A stretch of 59,185 nucleotides of DNA, counting the filler. It is 8 parts of 8 records of this genome, joined end to end, with 100 filler letters (N's around TTAATTAATTAA, not from the genome) between each part and the next. Parts side by side here need not be neighbours in the genome. Positions count along the whole stretch, not along the records: positions 42,540 to 52,647 come from SRR31156797_9733; positions 52,748 to 59,185 come from SRR31156797_9757; 6 more parts are not named here. One strand, 5' to 3'. The first letter of the stretch is position 1, and every line of letters starts with the position of its first letter. Below are positions 48,993 through 59,185 of this stretch, piece by piece. Under the pieces are notes generated by a model. That model did not search any database and was not told the origin of the DNA. It worked only from the letters and a program-made list of their open reading frames with translations. The translations under genes were made by a program, and so were the position numbers.

Positions 48993-51900
48993 ATGTACCC
49001 ATCTGTAGTCGTTCAGCAGGTCGAACAGGGAATAAAAGATTTCCTGCGGACCACGTTCACCATTGCCACGCCCCATTTCCACAGCGTAATAGAAGACTTT
49101 ATCTGTGCAAAATCCCTTTTTGCAGGTCCTTATCTTTCGCTTTCACTGCCCTTTGAGCAGGGCACCTGCGGCCGGGATTTTTTTTCTAACTTTACCATGA
49201 AATATCCGCCCTATGCCCACCAGGAAAAGGCTTTTACCAACCTGACAGGGCCGGCCCCCGTCTCCACCCTGGTGGCCACGGGCACGGGCTCCGGTAAAAC
49301 CGAGTGTTTCCTTTACCCCATCCTGCATCATTGCCGGGAGCAGTCTCCACGCCCCGGGATCAAGGCCATACTGATCTATCCCATGAATGCCCTGGCCACA
49401 GATCAGGCCGGCCGTATTGCAAAATTGATAGATCACGCCCCCAGTTTAAAAGGACAGGTATCGGCCGGACTCTATGTGGGCAGCCAGGAAGCACATCCCA
49501 AGCCAACAATGGGACCTGATCATGTCATCACCTGCAAGGAGACCCTGCGACAGTCCCCGCCGGACATCCTGCTGACCAACTATAAGATGCTGGACTACCT
49601 GCTGACCCGGCCCCAGGATGCACGGCTCTGGGGGGACAATGCCCCAGACACCCTCAAATACCTGGTGGTGGATGAGCTGCACACCTTTGACGGGGCACAG
49701 GGCACAGATCTGGCATGCCTTATCCGCCGCCTCAAGGACCGGCTTGATATCCCGGAAAAAGGGCTGTGCTGCGTGGGGACCTCCGCCACTCTGGGAGACA
49801 ATAACGCGGCGGACAAGCTTTTGGCATATGCCGGAAATATATTTGGAGAGTCCTTTGAACCCCGGGCCCTGATCACGGAATCCAGAAAGTCCGCCGCAGA
49901 ATTTTTAGGGGACGAAACCATTGACACCATCATGACCCCGGGGCCGGAGAAAGCATACCAGATGGACCCGGAAAATTTTGACAGCCGGGAAGCCTATCTT
50001 CTGGCACAGTATAGTCTGTGGTTCGGCAAAACAGCGCAAATAGCAGATCTGGAGAATCTTGAATGGCGGGCTGGCTTGGGCAGCGCCTTAAAAAAACACC
50101 TGATTTTCCAGAACCTGCTCAAGGTCATGAAGGGACATATCTTCTCTTTTTCAGACCTATGGGACCGGCTCTCAGGAATCATCCCGGGGGCGGACACGGC
50201 ATCCGCCCTTTATCCGGACCGGCTTTTAGGCAGCCTCATCGCCCTGGTCTCTTTGGCAAGGCGAAAAAACGGTGATGATGAGGGAAATCATCATTACACC
50301 TCATTTGTGGACGTCCGGGTCCAGCACTGGTTCAGAGAGCTGGGCCGGATGGTCGTGTCTGCGGGCAATTCGCCCCAACTGGCCTATTCCGACGATCTTA
50401 CCGATGAGGAACTGAACCGTCACCTGCCCGTGGTCCATTGCCGTGAATGCGGCGCCATGGGGTGGCTGGGGGTGAAAAAAAAGCTGGAAGACCAGGTGAT
50501 CCCCAACCTGAGACAGATATACACCGCTTTTTTCTCAAAAAAAGACAGGGGCTGTGTTTATCTATTCCCGGAATCCGGGACAACGGATCAGGCAGGGCTT
50601 GCGGGCAGTATGGTTCAGTTTTGCGGAGACTGCCTCCACTATCATGCTGAAAAAGGGAAACCTGCCTGCCCGTCCTGCGGCAGTGAAAATCAGGTTCGGG
50701 TATTTCTGCCGGACAAATCCGGTTCCACCTGCCCCTTTTGTCAGGCCCACAGAAGTCTGACGCTTCTTGGTTCCCGGGCGGCAAGCCTGACCTCGGTGAT
50801 GATATCTCAGCTCTATTCCACATCGTTCAACGACGATAAAAAGCTGATTACATTTTCCGATAATGTGCAGGACGCGGCCCACAGGGCAGGCTTTTTCGGT
50901 GCACGGACCTGGGGGTTCAATCTGAGGGTGGCCCTGCAGCAGGTGGTGGAAACCCTGGAAGAACCGGTATCCCTGGCAGAATTGCCACAAGTCTTCATGA
51001 ATCATTGGCAAAACCGACTGTCTCCCGTGGCCTATATATCGACATTTATTGCCCCCAATATGGCGTGGTTTAACGACTATGAACACCTGATCGCATCAGG
51101 GAACCTGCCGCCCAAAAGCAACCTTTTAAAACGGGTCAACCAGCGGCTGAACTGGGAAATCCATTCGGAATATGGATTTGATGCCCGTATCGGCCGGACG
51201 CTGGAAAAATCCGGGGTATCCATGGTCCATTTGAAGCCGGGCCTGCTTGACGCATTGTGCAGGGACCTGCAGTTCCGTCTGGAGAACGAGGTGGAGGCCT
51301 GCAGGGGGACAAATCCTGAAAAGATATACCGTCTGGTTTGCGGAATCATCAACCACCTGAGAATCAACGGTGCGGTTTATCTGCCCTTTCTTGAAGGATA
51401 TTTGAAAGAATGGGGCAATGATTATCTGTTGTCCAGTAAACGCATTAAATGGATGCAGAGCATCGGGCCTGCCACCCGCGCGCCTAAATTTCTCACCAGC
51501 AAAAAGGAGCTTAGAAACCGAAACGGTATTATTCGTTTTTTAGGGCTGTATAATCCGTCCAGAAAGACCTGGTGCGATACCTGGGTCCATAAGCTTTTTT
51601 TTAATGATGAAATATTCGAGACTGCCGATGCCTGTGACGTTCTGGAAATCACCATTTCAGAACTTGTGCAAAAGGATATTCTAAAAGAGCTTTGCGTAGG
51701 GTCCCATAAAATCTGGGGGCTCAAGCCCAAGTATCTCGACGTCACGGGTGCCCTGGGGCAGATAAAATGCAGTTACTGCGGCCATATGTCCTCTGCCGCC
51801 AAAAGTGAATTCAAAATATGGGACGGGGCTCCCTGCATTCGAAGGAACTGTCCCGGGACCTATGCAGTCAGCACCACTGCTCCGGATTATTATGGCAAAT

Positions 51901-52647
51901 TATTTATGAAAGGGGACGTATCCCGACTTTTTACCCGGGAGCATACAGGGCTTTTAGACCGGGATACCCGGGAAAAGATAGAAATTGAATTTAAAGCCAA
52001 AGAAAAGGATCGAAATCCCTGGTCACCTAATCTACTATCCTGCACCCCAACCATGGAAATGGGCATTGATATCGGGGACCTGTCTGCTACTATTCAGTGC
52101 TCGGTTCCTCCGGCCCAGGCCAATTATCTCCAGCGGATCGGCCGGGCCGGCAGAAAAAACGGCAATGCCCTCAACCTGACGGTGGCCAATTTAAAGCCCC
52201 ACGATATGTATTTTTTCTCGGACCCTTTGAACATGCTGGCGGGAGCGGTTGAACCGCCCGGCGTATTCCTGGACGCGGCCGCTGTTCTGGAACGACAGCT
52301 TACCGCATTCTGCTTTGACCGGTGGGTGGCCTTGGGTGTTCCGCCCAATGCGCTTCCCCAACGCTTGGGTACAGTATTGGACCTGGTAAAAAGGAAAGAG
52401 ACAAAAGGCTTTCCCCACACGTTTCTGGATTTCGTGGAAGCCCATCTGACCCAGTTACTGGACAGTTTTGTCCGCCTGTTTGAGGATCCCGCATTAAGCG
52501 AGACTGCCGTAAACCATGTCCGGGAATTTGCCGCAGGCCGGGAAGAAGGAAGCCTGGGATACAAGATTATGGACAGCCTCAACGGACTTCTCAAGGACCG
52601 TGATAAGCTTAGATCCCGGATAACCGGCCTGAACACAGCCATCAAGA
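48993..52647 (+). CDS. Large DEAD/DEAH-box helicase, YprA/DrmA-like, with Zn ribbons (partial)
   Basis: [23 protein letters not shown], several CxxC pairs, [19 protein letters not shown]; truncated by the contig end. Confidence 0.9.
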
Positions 52648-52747
52648 NNNNNNNNNNNNNNNNNNNNNNNNNNNNNNNNNNNNNNNNNNNNTTAATTAAT
52701 TAANNNNNNNNNNNNNNNNNNNNNNNNNNNNNNNNNNNNNNNNNNNN
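52648..52747. other. Artificial contig-joining spacer
   Basis: N44-TTAATTAATTAA-N44. Confidence 0.98.
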
Positions 52748-53068
52748 AAAAATACAGCTTTTTATATTGCATTCCTCCAGGGAAAAATCGATCATCAGTG
52801 TGTCGCATTTTGTAAAATCGATCCCCATGATTTTGCAATTGGTAAAAACCACCCCTCTGATTTGTGTGTTGAAGAGTCCGGATAGGGAAAAATTGCAATT
52901 ATAGAAGGAGCAGTCTTCAAAAAGGGACGATTCAAAATCCGTATATGAAAAGTTGCAATTATGAAACTCGCAGTCAAAGAATAGTTTATTGGCGATTTTT
53001 TGATTTTCCAGGTCTTCTTTGTCAAAAGCCATATCCTGGAATTCGTTTGAGCTGCTGAATATTTTCAT
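52748..53068 (-). CDS. Pentapeptide repeat protein (partial)
   Basis: CEFHN CNFSY TDFES SLFED CSFYN CNFSL repeats; AAAGGA RBS. Confidence 0.88.
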
Positions 53069-53371
53069 TGGTGTCCTTTCTCAAGTTGTCTGCAAAGAAA
53101 TAAGTGTTATCGAAGCTTCTTCCTGCCGTCACTTATACTCGTCTTTGTTCAAAAACGGTAATGGAATTACAAGTTGCATATTGATTTGTTGTATTGTACA
53201 TTTATCAAATGTACATCATATAATAATTGCCATTCTGTACATTGTTTTCTGTTCCCATCTTGTTTTTTTGTGAAAATTCCGGCTGTCCCGGTTCAAGACC
53301 GGTTTTTTGAATCAATATTAAACATTCACCCCCACGGATTGAAAGATAGTCTGAAAAGGGAGAACGTGGCC

Positions 53372-55357
53372 ATGAACAATAATATTCTGGTTATTGATGA
53401 TGAACCTGATATCCTGAAAGCCTTGGAGATTACCCTGGGCCAGGAGGCGTATCATGTGACCACCGCTTCGGGGGGGGAGGAGGGCATGGAAATCTTCCGT
53501 CGTAAGCCCTTTGACCTGGTGATGACCGATATGCGGATGCCCCGCATGGACGGGCTACAGGTGATTCTCAATGTAAAGGCGCTGGCGCCGGACGTAGAGG
53601 TGATTGTGCTTACCGGTTATGCCACCCTGGACAACGCCATCAGTGCCCTCAGGGATATGGGGGCCTTTGATTACCTGACCAAGCCCCTTGAAAACATGGA
53701 TGAACTCTTTGTCGCAGTGGCAAAGGCTTTGGAAAAGCGCCGGATGACTTTGGAAAACCGCGCACTTGTCAAAAATCTCAAGGAGAAAGAGCGGGAACTG
53801 GCCCGTCAAAACCGTGCGCTCCACCGGAGCGAGCTGCTGAAACAGGCTGTTCTGGACGGTATTTCCAGCATGCTCTGTTTCGTCAACCGCGATCTTGAAA
53901 TTGTGTGGGGCAATCGAGCCCTGTTGCAGGCCATAGATCTTTCTCCAAAAGGGCTGGCCGGCCGGAAGCTTTCCGCGGTCATGGGGGGGGGGGCGGGAAA
54001 ATTCCCGGAATATCCCATGACCAGGGCCATCAGCTCCGGGGAACCGCAGCAGGTCATTCTAAAGTCTCCCAGTGGAAAAATAGTGGATGCAAGGGCAACG
54101 CCGGTGACGGATGAAAAGGGCCGTCTTCTTGGTGTGCTGGGAGTTGCCGATGACATTACCGACCGGGAGCTGCGGCAGGAGGAGATGGCCCGGATGGCCA
54201 AGCTTGAATCCCTGGGCACCCTGTCCGGTGGGATCGCACATGATTTCAACAACCTGTTTTCCGTTATCCTCGGAAACATAGAGCTTGCCATGCTGGAAAT
54301 CGGGCCTGAAAAACCATCGTCCAAAGCCCTGGAAAATGCGAAAAGGGGATGCTTTGCCGCCAGGGAACTGACCGGACAGTTTATCACCTTTTCCAGGGGA
54401 GGATATCCCCGGAAGCGGGTCACAGCCATGGAACCGTTTCTTCGGAAAACGGTATCGCTTTCCTTGAGCGGCTCCAACGTGGATTGTGAATACGGGATTC
54501 CCGAGGGTCTGGACCTTGTTGAACTGGATAAGCGGCAAATGGGGCAGGTTTTTCATAACCTTATTCAGAACGCCCTGGAGGCGATGCCCGGCGGCGGAAC
54601 CATCAGGATCCGCGTAGAGAATGCAAGTATGACGGGAGCCCGGGCCGCTTCTGTTGCCGGGCTTCCGGAAGGCCGGTATGTCAAGGTGGTCATTCAGGAT
54701 GAGGGGTGCGGAATTCCCGAAGAACATAAATTCCGTGTGTTTGACCCCTATTTTTCCACCAAGTCCCGGGGGGAGCAGAAGGGGATGGGGCTTGGCTTGT
54801 CCACAGGTCTTTCCATCGTGAAGAAACATGGCGGTGTCATCCTCCTGGAGTCCAATGGGGCTTCCGGAACCGCGGCTTCCGTTTATTTGCCCGCTGTCCC
54901 GGAGACGAAAGCTGCCAAGGGCGGTATCACGGCCGCTGTTCTTCCGGCTGATGGTCTTTTGAAGGGTCGGAAGGTTCTGGTAATGGACGATGAAAAAATG
55001 GTCAGGGAGATGATTATAAGGATGCTGAAATCCCTGGGCCATGATGCTGTGGGGGTCAGGGACGGCAACGAGGCTGTGGCGGCATATCTGAAGGGCCTGG
55101 AGGGTTCATCCTCCTTTGATCTGGTGATTCTTGATCTGACCGTGAGGGGGGGGGCGGGTGGAAAAGAGGTGATCGGGGAGCTGTTAAAGCTGGATCCTGA
55201 TGTCAGGGCCGTGGTGTGCAGCGGTTATGGGGATGATCCGGTGATGTCGGATTACGAGACTTACGGATTCCGGGCTTCCCTTGTCAAGCCTTTCCTGAAG
55301 GCTTCCCTGGAAGCAGCCATGGAAACGGCATTGGGCCTGGGGGGGGACCGTGGGTAG
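53372..55357 (+). CDS. Hybrid sensor kinase (REC-PAS-HisKA-HATPase-REC)
   Basis: ILVIDDE..TDMRMP, GIAHDFNN, GMGLGL, VLVMDDE..LDL; start set at ATG 53372 after the GGGAG RBS. Confidence 0.92.
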   Translation: MNNNILVIDDEPDILKALEITLGQEAYHVTTASGGEEGMEIFRRKPFDLVMTDMRMPRMDGLQVILNVKALAPDVEVIVLTGYATLDNAISALRDMGAFDYLTKPLENMDELFVAVAKALEKRRMTLENRALVKNLKEKERELARQNRALHRSELLKQAVLDGISSMLCFVNRDLEIVWGNRALLQAIDLSPKGLAGRKLSAVMGGGAGKFPEYPMTRAISSGEPQQVILKSPSGKIVDARATPVTDEKGRLLGVLGVADDITDRELRQEEMARMAKLESLGTLSGGIAHDFNNLFSVILGNIELAMLEIGPEKPSSKALENAKRGCFAARELTGQFITFSRGGYPRKRVTAMEPFLRKTVSLSLSGSNVDCEYGIPEGLDLVELDKRQMGQVFHNLIQNALEAMPGGGTIRIRVENASMTGARAASVAGLPEGRYVKVVIQDEGCGIPEEHKFRVFDPYFSTKSRGEQKGMGLGLSTGLSIVKKHGGVILLESNGASGTAASVYLPAVPETKAAKGGITAAVLPADGLLKGRKVLVMDDEKMVREMIIRMLKSLGHDAVGVRDGNEAVAAYLKGLEGSSSFDLVILDLTVRGGAGGKEVIGELLKLDPDVRAVVCSGYGDDPVMSDYETYGFRASLVKPFLKASLEAAMETALGLGGDRG

Positions 55358-55450
55358 AAGCGGAGGGTAAAGCTTAAAATTTTGATGTCTGTCCATGGTT
55401 TGGTGGGGGCCGGGCGGGTATGCTTTCCTGGTTTTCAAGGGGGATATGGA

Positions 55451-56791
55451 ATGAGAAAGCTTTTGTGGGGCGTTGTCATGTGCTGCATGTTGTTTCCGGG
55501 AGTGGGGCTCTCATCTGCTCAAAATTCAAGGCTTGAGAAATTGCTCTTAATGCTGAAGGATAACGGCACCATTACCCAAGAGCAATATGAGACGCTTATG
55601 GAAGCGGCTGAGCCCATTGGTCAGGAGGCGTTCCCCGAAGCAGCGCTGCCAGGGGAGGTTTCAAATGAAGGCGTGATCGTAAAAACCAGGGGAGGGCTTG
55701 AAGTTGAGTCCCCGGACGGCCGCTTTTCGTTCCGGTTGGGTGGCCGGTTGTTTCTTGACGGTGCCGCTTATGTTGAAGACAGGAACCGTATGGGTGACGG
55801 AACGGAGCTTCGAAGTGCCAGAATAGGGGTTGAGGGCAGGCTGTTCGAGGATTGGGGCTACGAGTTCGATGTCGATTTTGCCGGCGGCTCCGAGATAGAG
55901 GTGAAAGATGCATATCTCCGTTATGACGGCTTTTCCGGCGGGAAAATTGTCCTTGGTCAATTCAAGGAACCCTTCAGCCTGGAAGAACTCACTTCCTCAA
56001 GATATATCACATTTATGGAACGGGCGCTTCCCAACGAACTGGCGCCGGGGCGCCATATGGGCGCAGGGCTGTACCGCTACGGGGGGGCGTGGACTTTTTC
56101 AGGCGGTCTCTTTGGCGAGTCTTTCGACAATGGGGTCGAGGACGAAGGAAACGATGGATGGGGGGCAACCGGCAGGGTTACCTTTGCGCCATTCCATCAG
56201 GATGATCGTGTGCTCCACCTGGGAGCCGCCGCATCCTGGCGGAAACCGGATCAGGAGAATGAGAAAAAGTTCAGCGCCAGGCCTGAATCCCATGTTACGG
56301 ATGTAAAATATTTGAATACGGGAAAGATAAAGGAGGTTGACCATGAAAGTGAATGGGGGCTTGAGGCTGCTGTTGTCCATGGTCCTTTTTCCTTGCAGGG
56401 CGAATACATCCGGGCACATATTTCCCGGGACAACGGATACGAAAATGCCGATTTCGATGGCTGGTACATCTATGCCAGCTGGTTTCCCACCGGGGAAAAC
56501 AGAAGGTATAAATTTAAAAAAGGGGCGTTTGGCCGTGTGAAGCCCTTGGGTGAAGCCGGTGCCGTGGAACTGGCTCTCAGATTCAGCGCCCTTGATCTGA
56601 ATGATGGGAGCATAAAGGGCGGGAATGAAGAGAATGTTACCTTCGGGCTGAACTGGTATTTAAATTCCCATATCCGTTGCATGGCTAACTACAGCCTGAT
56701 CAATAACGATTCCCATGGGGATGATGACGGTGATGTTCTTGGGGACGATGACCTGAGGATCTTTCAGGCACGTTTTCAGTTGGATTTTTAA
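55451..56791 (+). CDS. OprO/OprP family phosphate-selective porin
   Basis: Signal peptide, GGRLFLD, GQFKEPFSLE..TSS..FMER, LQGEY, GLNWYLN, terminal F. Confidence 0.9.
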   Translation: MRKLLWGVVMCCMLFPGVGLSSAQNSRLEKLLLMLKDNGTITQEQYETLMEAAEPIGQEAFPEAALPGEVSNEGVIVKTRGGLEVESPDGRFSFRLGGRLFLDGAAYVEDRNRMGDGTELRSARIGVEGRLFEDWGYEFDVDFAGGSEIEVKDAYLRYDGFSGGKIVLGQFKEPFSLEELTSSRYITFMERALPNELAPGRHMGAGLYRYGGAWTFSGGLFGESFDNGVEDEGNDGWGATGRVTFAPFHQDDRVLHLGAAASWRKPDQENEKKFSARPESHVTDVKYLNTGKIKEVDHESEWGLEAAVVHGPFSLQGEYIRAHISRDNGYENADFDGWYIYASWFPTGENRRYKFKKGAFGRVKPLGEAGAVELALRFSALDLNDGSIKGGNEENVTFGLNWYLNSHIRCMANYSLINNDSHGDDDGDVLGDDDLRIFQARFQLDF

Positions 56792-56811
56792 CAGCTTCAG
56801 GAGGTGATTGC

Positions 56812-57768
56812 ATGACCCTCTTGTCAAGGTTTCGATTCCGGGGCGTAATGGCAATATGCTGTACCGTGGTGCTCTTGTCTCCGTTATCGGTGAAGGCGGA
56901 TAAGGAGGTGGCCGGCGGGAAAGCCAGGGGGGAAATCCTGATTCTTGGAAAAGTGAGCACCAACCCCAAAAAGCATCACAGATATTTCAGGCCCATGGCC
57001 GATTATGTGGCAAGGCACATGAAAGACTTGGGAATAAAGGAGGTTAAAATACTGCTGGCCAGGGATAACCCGCAAATGGTTCGCTACCTGAAACAGGGCA
57101 AGATTGACTGGATTTCCGAGACCCCTTTCTCCGCGGTGTTTTTCAAGGAAAAGGCCGGCGGGGAGATGTTGCTCAGAAGATGGAAGAAGGGCGTCCCTGA
57201 CTATCATACCGTTTTTGTTGTCCGCAAGGATGGCGGCATCCGTTCCCTGGAAGATCTGAAGGGAAAAACCATCGCCCTGGAGGATCCGGGGTCGTCCACC
57301 GCTTTTCTTGTTCCTGTCTGGGTGTTGCTCAAGGAGGGGCTTGGGATCATCGCCCTGGAATCTCCCAGGGAACCGCCTCCGCCCAATCTCGTAGGATACG
57401 TGTTTGCCAAGCAGGAGATCAATATGTCCACCTGGCTGCATAAAAAACTGGTAAGCGGCCTGGCCTACAGTAACCTTGATTGGGTCAAAAAAGACCATAC
57501 CCCCCTCGCATTTCGGCAGGATTTCAAAATCATCCATAAATCCCGGCCCATCCCCCGGGGTATTGAAATGGTGAGAAAGGGCATGAGGCCCGAACTGAAG
57601 GCGAGACTGAAAAAAATTCTCTTGAATGCCCACATGGATCCCGAAGCGGCCCATGCCCTTCATATGATGCAGAGAACCACCCTGTTTGACGAACTGGACA
57701 GCAGCGTTCTGGCCCGTCTGGAGGAAATACGGAAGATGCAAAGGACCGTTTTGGGGGAGGGGAGATAG
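56812..57768 (+). CDS. PhnD-like phosphate/phosphite/phosphonate-binding protein
   Basis: Signal peptide, DLKGKTIALEDPGSSTAFLVP. Confidence 0.85.
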   Translation: MTLLSRFRFRGVMAICCTVVLLSPLSVKADKEVAGGKARGEILILGKVSTNPKKHHRYFRPMADYVARHMKDLGIKEVKILLARDNPQMVRYLKQGKIDWISETPFSAVFFKEKAGGEMLLRRWKKGVPDYHTVFVVRKDGGIRSLEDLKGKTIALEDPGSSTAFLVPVWVLLKEGLGIIALESPREPPPPNLVGYVFAKQEINMSTWLHKKLVSGLAYSNLDWVKKDHTPLAFRQDFKIIHKSRPIPRGIEMVRKGMRPELKARLKKILLNAHMDPEAAHALHMMQRTTLFDELDSSVLARLEEIRKMQRTVLGEGR

Positions 57769-57772
57769 GGCG

Positions 57773-59185
57773 ATGCTCGGGCTGAAGGGAAGATATACCG
57801 TAGCCATGGTTGCCCTGATCGCTTTTATCGTATGTCTCCTGTCTTCCGTTTTTTTGTCTATGTTTAAAGTAAGCCTGTACGAGCATACCCGGGTGAGCTC
57901 CGAAGCAATGACCGAAGATTTGCTGATCCAGATGAAAAAACGCGGAGAAGCCATTACCCGGCTGCTGGCCAGGAATCTCATGACCCCCATCTACTATGAT
58001 GATATGCAGGCCATATACGAGTTGCTGGACGCAACCAGGGAGATGAAGGATGTCCTGTACACCTGTGTGTATGACAGCCAGGGGAGAATTCTGCACGATG
58101 GAGATGAAACGATCCCGACATTCGGCATGATCCTGGATGATAAGAAAAGCCTGGCGGCATTGCAGACAAAGGGCCGCCTGGAAATGGAGTTCGCCGAGGG
58201 CGTCCTTGGGGTTTCCCTGCCCATCTGGCTCGGAGATCGGTGCATGGGAGGCGTAAAAGTCCGTTTGTCTTTAAACGATGTCAATCGGGATATTGCCCGC
58301 ATGCAACAGTATCATCGAACGATCTCCCAAAAGGTATTGCAGAATGCCGTTACCGCCCTGATCGTGCTCATGGTGGGGCTTATTTTCATGGGGGTGATCA
58401 TCTCGTTGTTTGTTGCGGGCAGGTTGATCCGTCCCATCGAAGCGCTTTCCGGATACGCGCAACAAGTGGGCCGGGGAGATTACGACTCAACGATTTCCTA
58501 TTCCCGGAGAGATGAAATAGGGGATCTCATTCATTCTTTTTACCGGATGAGCCAGGATCTCAAGGCCAAAGATGAGGATCTCAGGAGCGCCCATGAACAG
58601 CTGGAACGCCGGGTGCGGGAGCGTACTTCCGAACTGCTGGAGGCCAACCGCCTTCTCCAGGAAGAGATAAAGCAAAGAATTCATGCTGAACAGGAGCTCA
58701 AAAGAACCCAGGCCCAGCTCATCCAATCCGGCAAACTTGCCTCCATCGGTGAATTGGCCGCCGGTGTGGCCCATGAATTGAACCAGCCCCTTATGGTGAT
58801 TCGGCTGACGGCCCAGGTCCTGGTGCGCAGTATTTCCAAAAAAACGCCAACTCCCGAGGCACTGGTTGAACAACTCGAAACCATCGAGAGAAATACAAAA
58901 CGGATGATGAACATCATCAATCACCTCAGGACCTTTTCCAGGGATTCAGAGGGGGAATTTTCTTTGGTGGATGTAAATCAAGTCGTAAAGGACTGCCTGC
59001 TTATGGTGGGGGAGCAAATGCGACTTCGGAATATCGAGGTGAAATTACAGCTTGTTGCCGGCCTGCCCATGATTCCGGCTGACAGTAATCAGTTGGAGCA
59101 GGTCTTTTTAAACTTGATCACCAATGGGAGGGATGCCATCATGGAAAAAGCCGGGAATGAGCTGAAACAGGGGGGTGCAAAGGTA
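57773..59185 (+). CDS. Membrane sensor histidine kinase with HAMP domain (partial; absent from the ORF track because it runs off the end)
   Basis: ATG 57773 MLGLKGRYTVAMVALIAFIV...; second TM; HAMP RPIEALS..RRDEIGDL; H-box GELAAGVAHELNQP; N-box LEQVFLNLITN. Confidence 0.9.
   Translation, partial: MLGLKGRYTVAMVALIAFIVCLLSSVFLSMFKVSLYEHTRVSSEAMTEDLLIQMKKRGEAITRLLARNLMTPIYYDDMQAIYELLDATREMKDVLYTCVYDSQGRILHDGDETIPTFGMILDDKKSLAALQTKGRLEMEFAEGVLGVSLPIWLGDRCMGGVKVRLSLNDVNRDIARMQQYHRTISQKVLQNAVTALIVLMVGLIFMGVIISLFVAGRLIRPIEALSGYAQQVGRGDYDSTISYSRRDEIGDLIHSFYRMSQDLKAKDEDLRSAHEQLERRVRERTSELLEANRLLQEEIKQRIHAEQELKRTQAQLIQSGKLASIGELAAGVAHELNQPLMVIRLTAQVLVRSISKKTPTPEALVEQLETIERNTKRMMNIINHLRTFSRDSEGEFSLVDVNQVVKDCLLMVGEQMRLRNIEVKLQLVAGLPMIPADSNQLEQVFLNLITNGRDAIMEKAGNELKQGGAKV

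Noticed and set aside
6320-52747. Seven recurring TTAATTAATTAA motifs in N runs, as a repeat family or CRISPR-like array
   Set aside because: They are identical 100-bp padded linkers with six-frame stops at composition breaks, i.e. assembly artefacts. Functional links across them were also rejected.
52748-53068. Qnr quinolone-resistance gene
   Set aside because: Only generic pentapeptide repeats in a truncated gene; no basis for the specific call.
53162-53178. Sigma-54 promoter TGGAATTACAAGTTGCA
   Set aside because: The GG-to-GC spacing is 11 nt rather than the required 10.
54059-58924. Long antisense ORFs (327, 368, 188 and 145 aa)
   Set aside because: They lie opposite well-supported GC-rich genes and carry no recognisable motifs; the same applies to antisense ORFs at 8174-12802 and 43097-52645.
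1-59185. tRNA, rRNA, CRISPR arrays, transposases
   Set aside because: None recognised by eye on either strand; a covariance-model scan would be needed to exclude small RNAs.

Overview
This window is not one locus. It is eight unrelated contig pieces joined by seven identical 100-bp artificial spacers (44 N + TTAATTAATTAA + 44 N), so genes on opposite sides of a spacer are not real neighbours. Taxonomic labels below are impressions from GC content and protein style, not database results. (1) 1-6319, low-GC anaerobe: sugar-binding lipoprotein with a Cache-type PP2C phosphatase, TetR and MATE. (2) 6420-13665, Desulfobacterales-like: a PEP-CTERM gene behind a sigma-54-type promoter, then a fluoride riboswitch heading a probable 6-7 gene operon (crcB, DUF190, DMT, APC permease, SpoIIAA fusion, enolase, DUF202). 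(3) 13766-19492: multi-sensor histidine kinase and a REC-PAS-GGDEF protein. (4) 19593-25508, Arcobacter-like: aryl-polyene-type type II PKS fragment with a halogenase-like flavoenzyme. (5) 25609-33081, Bacteroidota: a DUF4062 + degenerate STAND-NTPase gene bracketed by attC-like cassette ends, then housekeeping genes. (6) 33182-42439, Arcobacteraceae-like: hrcA-grpE with two CIRCE boxes and a HAIR-like box, divergent from a Bat-like/DUF1566 operon. (7) 42540-52647: DISARM-related helicase/methyltransferase/YprA-type helicase locus interrupted by toxin-antitoxin genes. (8) 52748-59185: hybrid kinase, OprO/P porin, PhnD-like binding protein and a HAMP kinase. The best leads are the extended fluoride-riboswitch operon, the cassette-like DUF4062-STAND gene, the DISARM-related locus and the possible HrcA control of the Bat-like operon.
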